Below are positions 14,257 to 27,061 of a stretch of 64,000 nt of DNA, one piece after another. The position numbers were made by a program, and so were the translations under genes. The stretch is from assembly GCF_017348835.2 (NCBI RefSeq), contig NZ_CP071375.1, one strand, 5' to 3'. The stretch's first letter is position 1. Every line of letters starts with the position of its first letter. The notes beneath the pieces were generated by a model. That model saw nothing but the letters and a program-made list of their open reading frames with translations, searched no databases and was not told the origin of the DNA. The stretch is from Escherichia coli (lineage in GTDB: Bacteria; Pseudomonadota; Gammaproteobacteria; Enterobacterales; Enterobacteriaceae).

Positions 14257-14291
14257 CCCCGATTAATAAAGAATGAAAAAAGGATATCACC

Positions 14292-15083
14292 ATGCCTGAA
14301 GGCCCGGAGATCCGCCGTGCAGCGGATAACCTGGAGGCGGCGATCAAAGGCAAACCACTAACTGAAGTCTGGTTTGCCTTCCCGCAGTTAAAATCTTATC
14401 AATCACCACTTATCGGTCAACACGTTACCCATGTGGAAACGCGTGGTAAGGCGTTGTTAACTCATTTTTCCAACGACTTAACGCTCTACAGCCATAATCA
14501 GCTTTACGGCGTCTGGCGCGTGGTTGATACCGGCGAAGAGCCGCAGACCACGCGAGTATTGCGGGTAAAACTGCAAACGGTTGACAAAACCATTCTGCTT
14601 TATAGCGCCTCGGATATTGAGATGTTGAGGCCGGAACAACTGACCACGCATCCGTTTTTACAACGCGTTGGTCCCGATGTGCTGGATCCGAATCTGACGC
14701 CGGAGGTGGTAAAGGAACGGCTATTGTCGCCGCGCTTTCGTAACCGTCAGTTTGCTGGATTACTGCTCGATCAGGCGTTTCTGGCAGGACTTGGCAATTA
14801 TTTGCGGGTGGAGATCCTCTGGCAGGTTGGGTTGACTGGAAATCATAAAGCGAAAGAACTCAATGCGGCGCAACTGGATGCACTCGCACACGCGTTACTG
14901 GATATTCCTCGATTTTCCTACGCTACGCGGGGGCAGGTGGATGAGAATAAGCATCATGGGGCGCTGTTTCGCTTTAAGGTTTTTCATCGTGATGGCGAAC
15001 TGTGCGAACGCTGTGGCGGCATCATTGAGAAAACCACGCTGTCATCTCGCCCGTTTTACTGGTGTCCGGGCTGCCAGCACTAG
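14292..15083 (+). CDS. nei: Endonuclease VIII
   Basis: 263 aa [21 protein letters not shown]... The N-terminal PEGPEI catalytic motif and a C-terminal zinc finger CxxC...CxxC are present. Confidence 0.93.
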   Translation: MPEGPEIRRAADNLEAAIKGKPLTEVWFAFPQLKSYQSPLIGQHVTHVETRGKALLTHFSNDLTLYSHNQLYGVWRVVDTGEEPQTTRVLRVKLQTVDKTILLYSASDIEMLRPEQLTTHPFLQRVGPDVLDPNLTPEVVKERLLSPRFRNRQFAGLLLDQAFLAGLGNYLRVEILWQVGLTGNHKAKELNAAQLDALAHALLDIPRFSYATRGQVDENKHHGALFRFKVFHRDGELCERCGGIIEKTTLSSRPFYWCPGCQH

Positions 15084-16141
15084 GCCGTACGTTTCGGCGC
15101 ATAGGTTGAAATAAACCGCGCAATGGCAGGCCCTGTCAGCAAAATACTGAACAGGCGCAGGGTTTGCATCGCCATAATGAGCGCCATATCGGCATTGCTC
15201 CCTGCGGCGATGACCGCCACGGTATCAAGCCCGCCGGGGCTGGTGGCGAGGTAGGCAGTCATAAAATCAATGTGCATAAACCGGGTCAGTCCCCACGCCA
15301 TACCCGCACAAATAGCCAGCAGAGCAAAAATCGACAGCAGGATTTGTGGTAGCGGGCGTAGTGCCCGCAGTAAGATTTGTTTATCGAAACCAAGACCAAT
15401 CCGCCAGCCAATTGCCATATACGCCATCGCCAGCAGCCATTCCGGTAGTTCGATGGTGATGAGCTGACCAGACTGGAGCACTGCGCCCGCCAGCATCGGG
15501 ATGAGCATCGTGCCGGAAGGAAGACGCAGCAGGCATCCCACTGTACCGGCAACGACCGCGAGCAAAATAGTAAGCAGGAGATTAATGCTCACTGGCGGGA
15601 ACCAGACGATATGCTGGTTAACCGCTTCAGCGTTATCACCCAGCATCATGCGAGTGACCAGAACAGCGGCCCCCGCGACGAACAGCACTCGCAGATATTG
15701 CATAAACGCCACCAGGCGAATATCTGCGCCGTAATCTTGCGCCATAGCGACCATTGCCGCCGCGCCGCCAGGAGAGGAACCCCAGGCACCGGTATTTCCA
15801 GGCAATGAGCTATAGCGCACCAATAACCAACCCACGATGGCGCTGGAAAGCAGCGTTACCAGTAAAATTGCAAGCACGATCGGCCAGTTGACGGCCAGGG
15901 TGGTGAGAATCGAACCAGTGAGGTTTTGCGCAATCATGCAGCCAAGAATGGCCTGCGCGGCGAGAAAAGCGGAGCGGGGGAGTTGCAGGATAACCCCGCG
16001 CATACTGAAGATGATCCCGGCGATCATCGGCCCAAGTAATAATGCCGCCGGGAGATGTACCGCGAGGAAACCAATAGAAAGGAGAAGTGATAGCACACAT
16101 AACATTCCCCACTGCAAAACTGGCATCCTTTGCTCCCTCAT
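15080..16141 (-). CDS. abrB: AbrB-family membrane protein (putative regulator/transporter, YbgN)
   Basis: 353-aa hydrophobic ORF. The true start may be the internal MPVLQW Met at 16126. Gene order matches K-12. Confidence 0.8.
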   Translation of the reverse strand: MREQRMPVLQWGMLCVLSLLLSIGFLAVHLPAALLLGPMIAGIIFSMRGVILQLPRSAFLAAQAILGCMIAQNLTGSILTTLAVNWPIVLAILLVTLLSSAIVGWLLVRYSSLPGNTGAWGSSPGGAAAMVAMAQDYGADIRLVAFMQYLRVLFVAGAAVLVTRMMLGDNAEAVNQHIVWFPPVSINLLLTILLAVVAGTVGCLLRLPSGTMLIPMLAGAVLQSGQLITIELPEWLLAMAYMAIGWRIGLGFDKQILLRALRPLPQILLSIFALLAICAGMAWGLTRFMHIDFMTAYLATSPGGLDTVAVIAAGSNADMALIMAMQTLRLFSILLTGPAIARFISTYAPKRTA

Positions 16142-16274
16142 TATTTACTCTTTGGTGTATCGATACAGCATAAAGAATGCCGGGCATGGAAAAAATAACG
16201 GTAATCAATAAAAGCCGGAAAATTGGCAATTAACCGAAGAAGCCCTCTCCGGCTGGAAAGGGCAATAGGCTAAA

Positions 16275-17336
16275 TCAGTTGTAGTTAATTTTGAAAAGTA
16301 CCACTGTATCAAAGGGACCAACGTCGATGGGCGTACCCGGCGTGGATGACAATTCTGCCGTGTAGGTTTTTTCATACACTAACAGGTCGCTGGTAAAATC
16401 GGCATACTCACTGTATTTGTTGAAAGTATAGGGTGAGGCATTTTCATCCAACAATCGAAGCTTCAGGCCATTGCCAATGAGCAGTGATTTATCTTCGTCG
16501 ATAAGGGTTTCATCGGTATAAAACGAAGAGCTGACTTTAAAACCGTCGGTACACTGGTCGTTTTGTGATTTGGTTGTAGTTATTTTAAATTGCTGCGACA
16601 TCGTATGGCGACGAATATCCAGCACGTTAAATCGGCCAAAATCAACGACCTGGGTTTCAGGTGAGATAGCAAAGTTGACGCTGCAATCCAGCACGCGGAT
16701 ATTTTCCAGACCGGTAATGTGATATTTCAGATTCTTCGCGGTAGGGTCTTCGTTCACGCTGCCTGCGCCATCAAACTGTACGACGATGTAATCGCTGAGT
16801 TTGCTCTGATAATCATGGGGCGGCATGGCGCGAACTTTAACGTAAAGCCGCATACGCGCCACAAACGTCCGCGATTTGTGCATAACGGTTGGATCGCCGG
16901 AGCAAAGTTTATTTTGCCAGCCCATCGCAATGATCTGCTCCGGGGTGTAAATATCAATATTCTTACTGTCGATGCACTGATTCGTGTCGATGCGGCTTTT
17001 CCCAAGGCTTGCGTCATAGTCCACGCCTTCATAGGTTACGCCCAATTGATAATAGGGATCCTGAATACCGGGGTAAGGGTTTACCCAGGCGTAGACGTGC
17101 TCGCTTTCAAAATTACCGTTTGTGTTGTTGTCACAGTAGACCGGAATTTTTATATCGTCAGATTCCCAGATTTTATCGCCGGGTTTGGAATTGGCCGGAA
17201 CGGCGAAGGGCATAATAGCTTCCGATTTTTCTACAGCGCCGTTTGCGGTACCAAAATAGCAGTTCAGCGCCAGCGCCGCTTTTAGCGGCAAAAAAATCAG
17301 ACAGATGGCGAGCAACACGCCTTTGGCGAATCTCAT
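16275..17336 (-). CDS. ybgO: Fimbrial adhesin-like protein YbgO
   Basis: 353 aa with a signal peptide. Last gene of the chaperone-usher operon. Confidence 0.8.
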   Translation of the reverse strand: MRFAKGVLLAICLIFLPLKAALALNCYFGTANGAVEKSEAIMPFAVPANSKPGDKIWESDDIKIPVYCDNNTNGNFESEHVYAWVNPYPGIQDPYYQLGVTYEGVDYDASLGKSRIDTNQCIDSKNIDIYTPEQIIAMGWQNKLCSGDPTVMHKSRTFVARMRLYVKVRAMPPHDYQSKLSDYIVVQFDGAGSVNEDPTAKNLKYHITGLENIRVLDCSVNFAISPETQVVDFGRFNVLDIRRHTMSQQFKITTTKSQNDQCTDGFKVSSSFYTDETLIDEDKSLLIGNGLKLRLLDENASPYTFNKYSEYADFTSDLLVYEKTYTAELSSTPGTPIDVGPFDTVVLFKINYN

Positions 17337-18064
17337 TTTTTATTCTCCACCGGCTGCAGGCGGCATTGCCGCTGGCAGGAGAGCGTGTTCATACGCAATG
17401 CGCCGTAGTCGTCCATGTAGCCAAGATAAAACTGCTTGCCGCTATAGCTGCCCGTGCTGGTGGTGACCGAACTGAACGGTGCGACCATCGTGCTTTTAAA
17501 GCCAGGCAGCACGCCTTTCTCATCCCGCCCAAGATAGGCAATAGTCAGATAGTATCCGGTCGGGTTTTTCAGGGTAAGCTGGTTATTCTGCTGGCTAACC
17601 TGTAGCTGTTGCTCAACATGATCGCCCATTTTTTTGCGTAATGCGGCGGGTCGCCAGAATAGCTTAATGCGACTTTGGACGGCGACTTGCAGGATCGCAT
17701 GGCCCTCGCTGCCTTCCGGGACAGGCGGAATTTCACGCAGGTTATAGTAAAAGAGAGATTCGCGATCGGTGGGTAATTTCGCGGTGGCGGCTTGTTTCAT
17801 GATCCGAACCTGCGAAGCCGCTTTTGGCTCCAGTCGCTGGATAGGCGGCAGGGCGACGAGAAATTCATCGCTTTTCTCTCCCTTTTCATTTTCTATCCAT
17901 GAATAGGCGAGGTAGGGGAGTTTATCGCTGCGGTTTTCCACGCGCAGGCTGGTTGCTTTATCTTTGCTATTAAAGATGATGCGCGTGCGGTCAGGCTGCA
18001 CTGCGCCGTGGCTGCACATACTGGCAACCAGAAGAATCAAAGGGAATCCTTTAACAAATGTCAT
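17333..18064 (-). CDS. ybgP: Periplasmic fimbrial chaperone YbgP (PapD-like)
   Basis: 243 aa [22 protein letters not shown]..., PapD fold. Confidence 0.85.
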   Translation of the reverse strand: MTFVKGFPLILLVASMCSHGAVQPDRTRIIFNSKDKATSLRVENRSDKLPYLAYSWIENEKGEKSDEFLVALPPIQRLEPKAASQVRIMKQAATAKLPTDRESLFYYNLREIPPVPEGSEGHAILQVAVQSRIKLFWRPAALRKKMGDHVEQQLQVSQQNNQLTLKNPTGYYLTIAYLGRDEKGVLPGFKSTMVAPFSSVTTSTGSYSGKQFYLGYMDDYGALRMNTLSCQRQCRLQPVENKK

Positions 18065-18078
18065 CGTCTTTTCCTTAA

Positions 18079-20538
18079 TTAATGACAGGGTAAAATCAGG
18101 CGCTTAGTCACATCTTCCAGATGTTCCGGCAGATGAATGGCACACGTTTTCTGGTCGCCCCAGTGCACGGTAAATTGTTGATTTTCATCGACCCCACTCA
18201 GCCATGCGTGACCGTTTTCGCCAACCATCCCGACGCTGACACCGCCTTCAGCCTGGCGAACATCGGCACCGAGCGGCGGGAAATGCCCGTTAGCATCGCT
18301 GATAATGACGTTGAGATCTTTCCCGGCGCGGGACGCCAGCGATTTAAAGCCGATGGCGCCTTCGGTCCAGGTTTCTTTCACCACGTTTTCGGAAACGGTA
18401 ACGCCGTCAGGCAAGTCGTTCATATTGACCGCCACCGTCGTAGGCTGGTAGCTGGAAACAAACGGTACCACGGCAATACCAAAGCGGTTGGTGTAGTCAA
18501 TATTGCCCTGAATCGGAATATCGCCCACGCCGTCGGTGCTGACCATCAGGCGTGGTTCATTGGTGGAACTGCGGCGATGGAATGCCGCGCCATGTTGAGT
18601 CGCGGTAAACGAGCCGCTCCAACTGGCACTGGCGGAAGTGTAATCATTGGCGGCATAGGTTCCGGTCAGATCCCATTCCCCCGCCGAACTGAGGTGTTGG
18701 TAATTGCCGCTGACCTGCGCACCGTTATCCGGGCGATCGGATTGTATTCCAGCCGACATTCCCCAACTGTTTCGTTCATCCAGGGTATCGTTCCACGACA
18801 TGCGGTGGGTGGTACTATTACTGTTGTTCTGCATGTCATAACCCAGTCGACCACTTTCCCCAATCGGTAAGGAGATCGAAAAGTAAATCTGGTTGTCGCG
18901 ATCTTTATCTTCATAATGGGTGGTGTTGAACGAGGTCGAGACAGAAATATCTTTCCAGTCGCCAATGTCGACGTTAAAACCGGCGGTAATGTTGGCCGTG
19001 GTGGAGGTATCCGCATTCCACCAGCTCTGATGCAGGATGTTGGCGTAGAGATTAAGATTCAGCGGAGTAATAGGCTGACCGAAGGAGAGGCTGATGGTTT
19101 GCTTTTCATCCTGCGCGTCGGCGTCATTGTATTTGTGATCAATGTAGTTAGCGTAGCTGTGAAAATGGCGATCGGAGAAGCGATAGGCTGCCAATGAGAT
19201 GGTGCTGTTGGTCGCATCAACCTGTTTGCTGTAGTTAAAGCGGTAGCTGTAACCCTGCTCATCCTGTTGAGTATCAAAATGGCTGTCGGCCCAGGTCACG
19301 TCAAACGACAGCGCCCCCAGCCAGAGCATATTTTGCCCAATACCCAGCGCGCCGGAACGATAGTCATCGCCTGCGAGAAGCATGCCGCCATATAGTGAAG
19401 TGTTGGAGAGCATCCCCCAGGAGACTTCATGGCTAATGAAGGTTTCATCCTCGGTGTGGTGCGACATAGAGGAACGCGGGCGACCGGCAGCCAGTTTATA
19501 GCGCACCTGGCCCTGACGCGTCAGGAACGGGGTAGAGGCCGCTGAAACCTGGAAGTTATTCACCCGTCCATCTTCTTCGCTCACTTTGACATCCAGTGTA
19601 CCTTGCACTGACTGATTCAGGTCATCAATAATAAATGGGCCTGGCGGAACTTTTTTCTGGTAAATCACGCGACCAGAATGGCTTATCGTGACCGTGGCGT
19701 TAGTCTGTGCGATGCCGCTGATTTGCGGCGCGTAGCCGCGTAACTCCCAGGGGAGCATTCGATCGTCGCTGGCTAACGCCGCACCGGTATAGGAGAAACC
19801 ATCAAAAATGTTAGAGCTAAAATCGGTTTCGCCCAGGGTTAATCGGGAACCTATTTGCGGTAACGGGCGGAACAGGTAGGTCCGTGAAATCGCCCCGGAT
19901 TGTTCACGGTTGTCGCCGCTATCGGACTGGCTAAGCTGATAATCGCTGCGCAGACGCCATGCCCCGGCGTTGAGGCCCGTGGTGCCATAGGCGTTCAGGT
20001 TGTTGCTGCTGCTGCCGCTTTGTGGGCGATAAGTGCTGGCAAACAGGTTGTAATCCATCAGGAAGCCAGGAATACCGTTATTCCACGTTGAGGGTGGCGT
20101 CCAGTTTTCTGAATGCCACGCCAGCCATGCCTGCGGGATTGTAATATTGAGCTGTTGATTTGCCTGATCGAAAGTAAAGATGATTTCAGGGAAGACACTA
20201 AAATCGACACATTCTTTTATTGCCGGTAATTTTTTACGAAAGTCAGATTTAAGTCCGAAGAGTTCGATCAGCGATTCATTGATACAAGGAATAATTTTAT
20301 CGCCAGATTTTTGCCAGCGAATTTGTTGCCCATTACTGATTTTATTATTATTAACCGTAACACTAACAAAATAATCGCCGGGAGCTACGACGCCTTTTTG
20401 ATTGAGCAACGAAATATCAACGCTATCCCGAATCGACTTATCGAGAACGTTAAGGTTAAATTCAGCTGCCAGCGCAGGAGGGGTTACCATTGCCAGACAG
20501 GAAAGAACAGAGAGTCGATAAATATTCACGGCATCCAT
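18079..20538 (-). CDS. ybgQ: Outer-membrane fimbrial usher YbgQ
   Basis: 819 aa with a signal peptide. Size and context fit the usher family. Confidence 0.85.
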   Translation of the reverse strand: MDAVNIYRLSVLSCLAMVTPPALAAEFNLNVLDKSIRDSVDISLLNQKGVVAPGDYFVSVTVNNNKISNGQQIRWQKSGDKIIPCINESLIELFGLKSDFRKKLPAIKECVDFSVFPEIIFTFDQANQQLNITIPQAWLAWHSENWTPPSTWNNGIPGFLMDYNLFASTYRPQSGSSSNNLNAYGTTGLNAGAWRLRSDYQLSQSDSGDNREQSGAISRTYLFRPLPQIGSRLTLGETDFSSNIFDGFSYTGAALASDDRMLPWELRGYAPQISGIAQTNATVTISHSGRVIYQKKVPPGPFIIDDLNQSVQGTLDVKVSEEDGRVNNFQVSAASTPFLTRQGQVRYKLAAGRPRSSMSHHTEDETFISHEVSWGMLSNTSLYGGMLLAGDDYRSGALGIGQNMLWLGALSFDVTWADSHFDTQQDEQGYSYRFNYSKQVDATNSTISLAAYRFSDRHFHSYANYIDHKYNDADAQDEKQTISLSFGQPITPLNLNLYANILHQSWWNADTSTTANITAGFNVDIGDWKDISVSTSFNTTHYEDKDRDNQIYFSISLPIGESGRLGYDMQNNSNSTTHRMSWNDTLDERNSWGMSAGIQSDRPDNGAQVSGNYQHLSSAGEWDLTGTYAANDYTSASASWSGSFTATQHGAAFHRRSSTNEPRLMVSTDGVGDIPIQGNIDYTNRFGIAVVPFVSSYQPTTVAVNMNDLPDGVTVSENVVKETWTEGAIGFKSLASRAGKDLNVIISDANGHFPPLGADVRQAEGGVSVGMVGENGHAWLSGVDENQQFTVHWGDQKTCAIHLPEHLEDVTKRLILPCH

Positions 20539-20587
20539 ACCTGAACAATATTCGCAAAAGGCGGCTAATCAGCCGCCTTAAAAAGGA

Positions 20588-21154
20588 TTATTGGTAATCC
20601 AGAACGTAAGTTGCGTTAGCAGTAACGGCCCCCGCGGTAACCGAAACTGCGTTATCCATCTGTTCCATCCAGGCAAAGAAGTTTAACGTTTGTTCTGTTG
20701 AACTTGCCAATAAGTCAATTGTTGGCGCTTCTGTTCCCAATACAACAAATGATTCATCTTTGTTCATGAGACGTACGCCAACGCCGGTAGCCTCGCCAGC
20801 ACTGATGTTACTAAGGAGCGGCGTTGCACCTGTCGTTTTAGCTGTGCTGTCGAAGGTCACGCCTACCTTTGAGACCACGCCACCGTTGCCATCATCCCAG
20901 CCTGCAATATCACAGTTGATTAAGCGAATATTGACAGGTTTTTTCTCGCTATGATGTTCTCGATTTATGTGGGATGTGGTTACTTCACCCAAGTCAATGT
21001 TCATATCAAGGTCATTAGGGTGAATTTCACAAGGTGCTTCAATAACTTCACCTTTAAAGTGGATTTCACCAGATCCTTCATCTGCAGCAAAAACAGGTGA
21101 AGCGAATAGTAGAGATATGGCCAGGGCGGCCAGTGTTTTTTGTCCTTTAAACAT
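20588..21154 (-). CDS. ybgD: Major fimbrial subunit YbgD
   Basis: Start assigned at MFKGQKTLAALAISLLFASPVFA (signal peptide), ~188 aa. Pilin-like C-terminal beta-strand ...NATYVLDYQ. Confidence 0.8.
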   Translation of the reverse strand: MFKGQKTLAALAISLLFASPVFAADEGSGEIHFKGEVIEAPCEIHPNDLDMNIDLGEVTTSHINREHHSEKKPVNIRLINCDIAGWDDGNGGVVSKVGVTFDSTAKTTGATPLLSNISAGEATGVGVRLMNKDESFVVLGTEAPTIDLLASSTEQTLNFFAWMEQMDNAVSVTAGAVTANATYVLDYQ

Positions 21155-21540
21155 ACATGAATCCTTCATGGGCTATGATAAAGTATACTAATTATTCCGA
21201 CAGAATAGTGGTTTTTTGTTCATGTAATAATATTAATGTTGCTACATTATGTTTGAGAGTTTCTCAAAGCTCTCGAATCATAAATAAAGTGAATTAATCC
21301 TATTACGAGTTTATTTAATTGTGGGTGCTACCCAATGTATTCTACATCGATTGGCGGGATAACGGTGGTGGTGAATGAAAAATTAGGATTTTATTTAGTT
21401 GTCGGATATGTATTCTTGTAACGTGTAATTATGTATTTGTGTCCGATTACGTTTTTTTGTCGATAGACATAACTAACGAACAAAAAAAAGCCCGCCAGAT
21501 ATTCAGGCGGGCTAAACGATATATGGTTCAAATCAGATAA

Positions 21541-22824
21541 TTAATGTTTAACATCTGATTTAAAGTCTCGTTTTTCATAGCCGGTGTACAACTGGCGCGG
21601 ACGGGCGATCTTCATGCCGTCACTGTGCATTTCGCTCCAGTGAGCGATCCAGCCAACGGTACGGGCCATAGCGAAGATGACGGTGAACATGGAAGACGGA
21701 ATACCCATCGCTTTCAGGATGATACCAGAGTAGAAATCGACGTTCGGGTACAGTTTCTTCTCGATAAAGTACGGGTCGTTCAGCGCGATGTTTTCCAGCT
21801 CCATAGCCACTTCCAGCAGGTCATCTTTGGTGCCCAGCTCTTTCAGAACTTCATGGCAGGTTTCACGCATTACGGTGGCGCGCGGGTCGTAATTTTTGTA
21901 CACGCGGTGACCGAAGCCCATCAGGCGGAAAGAATCATTTTTATCTTTCGCACGACGAACAAATTCCGGAATGTGTTTAACGGAGCTGATTTCTTCCAGC
22001 ATTTTCAGCGCCGCTTCGTTAGCACCACCGTGCGCAGGTCCCCACAGTGAAGCAATACCTGCTGCGATACAGGCAAACGGGTTCGCACCCGAAGAGCCAG
22101 CGGTACGCACGGTGGAGGTAGAGGCGTTCTGTTCATGGTCAGCGTGCAGTATCAGAATACGGTCCATAGCACGTTCCAGAATCGGATTAACTTCATACGG
22201 TTCGCACGGCGTGGAGAACATCATATTCAGGAAGTTACCGGCATAGGAGAGATCGTTGCGCGGATAAACAAATGGCTGACCAATGGAATACTTGTAACAC
22301 ATCGCTGCCATGGTCGGCATTTTCGACAGCAGGCGGAACGCGGCAATTTCACGGTGACGAGGATTGTTAACATCCAGCGAGTCGTGATAGAACGCCGCCA
22401 GCGCGCCGGTAATACCACACATGACTGCCATTGGATGTGAGTCGCGACGGAAAGCGTGGAACAGACGGGTAATCTGCTCGTGGATCATGGTATGACGGGT
22501 CACCGTAGTTTTAAATTCGTCATACTGTTCCTGAGTCGGTTTTTCACCATTCAGCAGGATGTAACAAACTTCCAGGTAGTTAGAATCGGTCGCCAGCTGA
22601 TCGATCGGGAAACCGCGGTGCAGCAAAATACCTTCATCACCATCAATAAAAGTAATTTTAGATTCGCAGGATGCGGTTGAAGTGAAGCCTGGGTCAAAGG
22701 TGAACACACCTTTTGAACCGAGAGTACGAATATCAATAACATCTTGACCCAGCGTGCCTTTCAGCACATCCAGTTCAACAGCTGTGTCCCCGTTGAGGGT
22801 GAGTTTTGCTTTTGTATCAGCCAT
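21541..22824 (-). CDS. gltA: Citrate synthase
   Basis: 427 aa [35 protein letters not shown]... Confidence 0.97.
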   Translation of the reverse strand: MADTKAKLTLNGDTAVELDVLKGTLGQDVIDIRTLGSKGVFTFDPGFTSTASCESKITFIDGDEGILLHRGFPIDQLATDSNYLEVCYILLNGEKPTQEQYDEFKTTVTRHTMIHEQITRLFHAFRRDSHPMAVMCGITGALAAFYHDSLDVNNPRHREIAAFRLLSKMPTMAAMCYKYSIGQPFVYPRNDLSYAGNFLNMMFSTPCEPYEVNPILERAMDRILILHADHEQNASTSTVRTAGSSGANPFACIAAGIASLWGPAHGGANEAALKMLEEISSVKHIPEFVRRAKDKNDSFRLMGFGHRVYKNYDPRATVMRETCHEVLKELGTKDDLLEVAMELENIALNDPYFIEKKLYPNVDFYSGIILKAMGIPSSMFTVIFAMARTVGWIAHWSEMHSDGMKIARPRQLYTGYEKRDFKSDVKH

Positions 22825-23532
22825 TTAAGGTCTCCTTAGCGCCTTATTGCGTAAGACTGCCGGAACTTAAATTTGCCTTCGCACATCAACCTGGCTTTAC
22901 CCGTTTGTTATTTGGCTCGCCGCTCTGTGAAAGAGGGGAAAACCTGGGTACAGAGCTCTGGGCGCTTGCAGGTAAAGGATCCATTGATGACGAATAAATG
23001 GCGAATCAAGTACTTAGCAATCCGAATTATTAAACTTGTCTACCACTAATAACTGTCCCGAATGAATTGGTCAATACTTCCACACTGTTACATAAGTTAA
23101 TCTTAGGTGAAATACCGACTTCATAACTTTTACGCATTATATGCTTTTCCTGGTAATGTTTGTAACAACTTTGTTGAATGATTGTCAAATCAGATGATTA
23201 AAAATTAAATAAATGTTGTTATCGTGACCTGGATCACTGTTCAGGATAAAACCCGACAAACTATATGTAGGTTAATTGTAATGATTTTGTGAACGGCCTA
23301 TACTGCCGCCAGGTCTCCGGAACACCCTGCAATCCCGAGCCACCCAGCGTTGTAACGTGTCGTTTTCGCATCTGGAAGCAGTGTTTTGCATGACGCGCAG
23401 TTATAGAAAGGACGCTGTCTGACCCGCAAGCAGACCGGAGGAAGGAAATCCCGACGTCTCCAGGTAACAGAAAGTTAACCTCTGTGCCCGTAGTCCCCAG
23501 GGAATAATAAGAACAGCATGTGGGCGTTATTC
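22825..23532. promoter_or_regulatory. Divergent gltA / sdhCDAB-sucABCD control region
   Basis: A ~700 bp AT-rich non-coding interval between divergent gltA and sdhC. In E. coli it carries ArcA/CRP/Fnr-responsive promoters (from knowledge, not mapped base by base). Confidence 0.6.
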
Positions 23533-23922
23533 ATGATAAGAAATGTGAAAAAACAAAGACCTGTTAATCTGGACCTACAGACCATCCGGTTCCCCATCAC
23601 GGCGATAGCGTCCATTCTCCATCGCGTTTCCGGTGTGATCACCTTTGTTGCAGTGGGTATCCTGCTGTGGCTTCTGGGTACCAGCCTCTCTTCCCCTGAA
23701 GGTTTCGAGCAAGCTTCCGCGATTATGGGCAGCTTCTTCGTCAAATTTATCATGTGGGGCATCCTTACCGCTCTGGCGTATCACGTCGTCGTAGGTATTC
23801 GCCACATGATGATGGATTTTGGCTATCTGGAAGAAACATTCGAAGCGGGTAAACGCTCCGCCAAAATCTCCTTTGTTATTACTGTCGTGCTTTCACTTCT
23901 CGCAGGAGTCCTCGTATGGTAA
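23533..23922 (+). CDS. sdhC: Succinate dehydrogenase cytochrome b556 subunit
   Basis: [35 protein letters not shown]..., 129 aa. Confidence 0.95.
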
Positions 23923-24263
23923 GCAACGCCTCCGCATTAGGACGCAATGGCGTACATGATTTCATCCTCGTTCGCGCTACCGCTATCGTCCTGACGCTCT
24001 ACATCATTTATATGGTCGGTTTTTTCGCTACCAGTGGCGAGCTGACATATGAAGTCTGGATCGGTTTCTTCGCCTCTGCGTTCACCAAAGTGTTCACCCT
24101 GCTGGCGCTGTTTTCTATCTTGATCCATGCCTGGATCGGCATGTGGCAGGTGTTGACCGACTACGTTAAACCGCTGGCTTTGCGCCTGATGCTGCAACTG
24201 GTGATTGTCGTTGCACTGGTGGTTTACGTGATTTATGGATTCGTTGTGGTGTGGGGTGTGTGA
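23916..24263 (+). CDS. sdhD: Succinate dehydrogenase membrane anchor
   Basis: 115 aa [30 protein letters not shown]... Confidence 0.95.
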
Positions 24264-26029
24264 TGAAATTGCCAGTCAGAGAATTTGATGCAGTTGTGAT
24301 TGGTGCCGGCGGCGCAGGTATGCGCGCGGCGCTGCAAATTTCCCAGAGCGGCCAGACCTGTGCGCTGCTCTCTAAAGTCTTCCCGACCCGTTCCCATACC
24401 GTTTCTGCGCAAGGCGGCATTACCGTTGCGCTGGGTAATACCCATGAAGATAACTGGGAATGGCATATGTACGACACCGTGAAAGGGTCGGACTATATCG
24501 GTGACCAGGACGCGATTGAATATATGTGTAAAACCGGGCCGGAAGCGATTCTGGAACTCGAACACATGGGCCTGCCGTTCTCGCGTCTCGATGATGGTCG
24601 TATCTATCAACGTCCGTTTGGCGGTCAGTCGAAAAACTTCGGCGGCGAGCAGGCGGCACGCACTGCGGCAGCGGCTGACCGTACCGGTCACGCACTGTTG
24701 CACACGCTTTATCAGCAGAACCTGAAAAACCACACCACCATTTTCTCCGAGTGGTATGCGCTGGATCTGGTGAAAAACCAGGATGGCGCGGTGGTGGGTT
24801 GTACCGCACTGTGCATCGAAACCGGTGAAGTGGTTTATTTTAAAGCCCGCGCTACCGTGCTGGCGACTGGCGGAGCAGGGCGTATTTATCAGTCTACCAC
24901 TAACGCCCACATTAACACCGGCGACGGCGTCGGCATGGCTATCCGCGCAGGCGTACCGGTGCAGGATATGGAAATGTGGCAATTCCACCCGACCGGCATT
25001 GCCGGTGCGGGCGTACTGGTCACCGAAGGTTGCCGTGGTGAAGGCGGTTATCTGCTGAACAAACATGGCGAACGCTTTATGGAGCGTTATGCGCCGAACG
25101 CCAAAGACCTGGCGGGCCGTGATGTGGTGGCGCGTTCCATCATGATTGAAATCCGTGAAGGTCGCGGCTGTGATGGTCCGTGGGGGCCACACGCGAAACT
25201 GAAACTCGATCACCTGGGTAAAGAAGTTCTCGAATCCCGTCTGCCGGGTATCCTGGAGCTTTCCCGTACCTTCGCTCACGTTGATCCGGTGAAAGAGCCG
25301 ATTCCGGTTATCCCAACCTGTCACTACATGATGGGCGGTATTCCGACCAAAGTGACCGGTCAGGCGCTGACTGTGAATGAGAAAGGCGAAGATGTGGTTG
25401 TTCCGGGGCTGTTCGCGGTAGGTGAAATTGCCTGCGTATCGGTACACGGTGCTAACCGTCTGGGCGGCAACTCGCTGCTGGACCTGGTGGTCTTTGGTCG
25501 TGCGGCAGGTCTGCATCTGCAAGAGTCTATCGCCGAGCAGGGTGCACTGCGCGATGCCAGCGAGTCTGATGTTGAAGCGTCTCTGGATCGTCTGAACCGC
25601 TGGAACAATAATCGTAACGGTGAAGATCCGGTGGCGATTCGTAAAGCGCTGCAAGAATGTATGCAGCATAACTTCTCGGTCTTCCGTGAAGGTGATGCGA
25701 TGGCGAAAGGGCTTGAGCAGTTGAAAGTGATCCGCGAGCGTCTGAAAAATGCCCGTCTGGATGACACTTCCAGCGAGTTCAACACCCAGCGCGTTGAGTG
25801 CCTGGAACTGGATAACCTGATGGAAACGGCGTATGCAACGGCTGTTTCTGCCAACTTCCGTACCGAAAGCCGTGGCGCGCATAGCCGCTTCGACTTCCCG
25901 GATCGTGATGATGAAAACTGGCTGTGCCACTCCCTGTATCTGCCAGAGTCGGAATCCATGACGCGCCGAAGCGTCAACATGGAACCGAAACTGCGCCCGG
26001 CATTCCCGCCGAAGATTCGTACTTACTAA
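24263..26029 (+). CDS. sdhA: Succinate dehydrogenase flavoprotein
   Basis: [24 protein letters not shown]..., 588 aa. FAD-binding GAGGAG motif. Confidence 0.97.
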   Translation: MKLPVREFDAVVIGAGGAGMRAALQISQSGQTCALLSKVFPTRSHTVSAQGGITVALGNTHEDNWEWHMYDTVKGSDYIGDQDAIEYMCKTGPEAILELEHMGLPFSRLDDGRIYQRPFGGQSKNFGGEQAARTAAAADRTGHALLHTLYQQNLKNHTTIFSEWYALDLVKNQDGAVVGCTALCIETGEVVYFKARATVLATGGAGRIYQSTTNAHINTGDGVGMAIRAGVPVQDMEMWQFHPTGIAGAGVLVTEGCRGEGGYLLNKHGERFMERYAPNAKDLAGRDVVARSIMIEIREGRGCDGPWGPHAKLKLDHLGKEVLESRLPGILELSRTFAHVDPVKEPIPVIPTCHYMMGGIPTKVTGQALTVNEKGEDVVVPGLFAVGEIACVSVHGANRLGGNSLLDLVVFGRAAGLHLQESIAEQGALRDASESDVEASLDRLNRWNNNRNGEDPVAIRKALQECMQHNFSVFREGDAMAKGLEQLKVIRERLKNARLDDTSSEFNTQRVECLELDNLMETAYATAVSANFRTESRGAHSRFDFPDRDDENWLCHSLYLPESESMTRRSVNMEPKLRPAFPPKIRTY

Positions 26030-26044
26030 TGCGGAGACAGGAAA

Positions 26045-26761
26045 ATGAGACTCGAGTTTTCAATTTATCGCTATAACCCGGATGTTGATGATGCTCCGCG
26101 TATGCAGGATTACACCCTGGAAGCGGAAGAAGGTCGCGACATGATGCTGCTGGATGCGCTTATCCAGCTGAAAGAGAAAGATCCCAGCCTGTCGTTCCGC
26201 CGCTCCTGCCGTGAAGGTGTGTGCGGTTCCGACGGTCTGAACATGAACGGCAAGAATGGTCTGGCCTGTATTACCCCGATTTCGGCACTCAACCAGCCGG
26301 GCAAGAAGATTGTGATTCGCCCTCTGCCAGGTTTACCGGTGATCCGCGATTTGGTGGTAGACATGGGACAATTCTATGCGCAATATGAGAAAATTAAGCC
26401 TTACCTGTTGAATAATGAACAAAATCCGCCAGCTCGCGAGCATTTACAGATGCCAGAGCAGCGCGAAAAACTCGACGGGCTGTATGAATGTATTCTCTGC
26501 GCATGTTGTTCAACCTCTTGTCCGTCTTTCTGGTGGAATCCCGATAAGTTTATCGGCCCGGCAGGCTTGTTAGCGGCATATCGTTTCCTGATCGATAGCC
26601 GTGATACCGAGACTGACAGCCGCCTCGACGGTTTGAGCGATGCATTCAGCGTATTCCGCTGTCACAGCATCATGAACTGCGTCAGTGTATGTCCGAAGGG
26701 GCTGAACCCGACGCGCGCCATCGGTCATATCAAGTCGATGTTGTTGCAACGTAATGCGTAA
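26045..26761 (+). CDS. sdhB: Succinate dehydrogenase iron-sulfur subunit
   Basis: 238 aa MRLEFSIYRYNPDVDDAPRMQDYTLEAEEGRDMMLLDALIQLK. Cys clusters present. Confidence 0.97.
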   Translation: MRLEFSIYRYNPDVDDAPRMQDYTLEAEEGRDMMLLDALIQLKEKDPSLSFRRSCREGVCGSDGLNMNGKNGLACITPISALNQPGKKIVIRPLPGLPVIRDLVVDMGQFYAQYEKIKPYLLNNEQNPPAREHLQMPEQREKLDGLYECILCACCSTSCPSFWWNPDKFIGPAGLLAAYRFLIDSRDTETDSRLDGLSDAFSVFRCHSIMNCVSVCPKGLNPTRAIGHIKSMLLQRNA

Positions 26762-26900
26762 ACCGTAGGCCTGATAAGACGCGCAAGCGTCGCATCAGGC
26801 AACCAGTGCCGGATGCGGCGTGAACGCCTTATCCGGCCTACAAGTCATTACCCGTAGGCCTGATAAGCGCAGCGCATCAGGCGTAACAAAGAAATGCAGG
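26762..26900. repeat. REP/BIME repeats between sdhB and sucA
   Basis: Three REP units (GTAGGCCTGATAAGACGCGCAAGCGTCGCATCAGGC / GCCGGATGCGGCGTGAACGCCTTATCCGGCCTACA ...). Confidence 0.85.
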
Positions 26901-27061
26901 AAATCTTTAAAAACTGCCCCTGACACTAAGACAGTTTTTAAAGGTTCCTTCGCGAGCCACTACGTAGACAAGAGCTCGCAAGTGAACCCCGGCACGCACA
27001 TCACTGTGCGTGGTAGTATCCACGGCGAAGTAAGCATAAAAAAGATGCTTAAGGGATCACG

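Noticed and set aside
24233-25930. 565-aa ORF antisense to sdhA
   Set aside because: Lies entirely within and opposite the well-supported sdhA gene. Typical high-GC3 antisense open frame with no RBS or start context.
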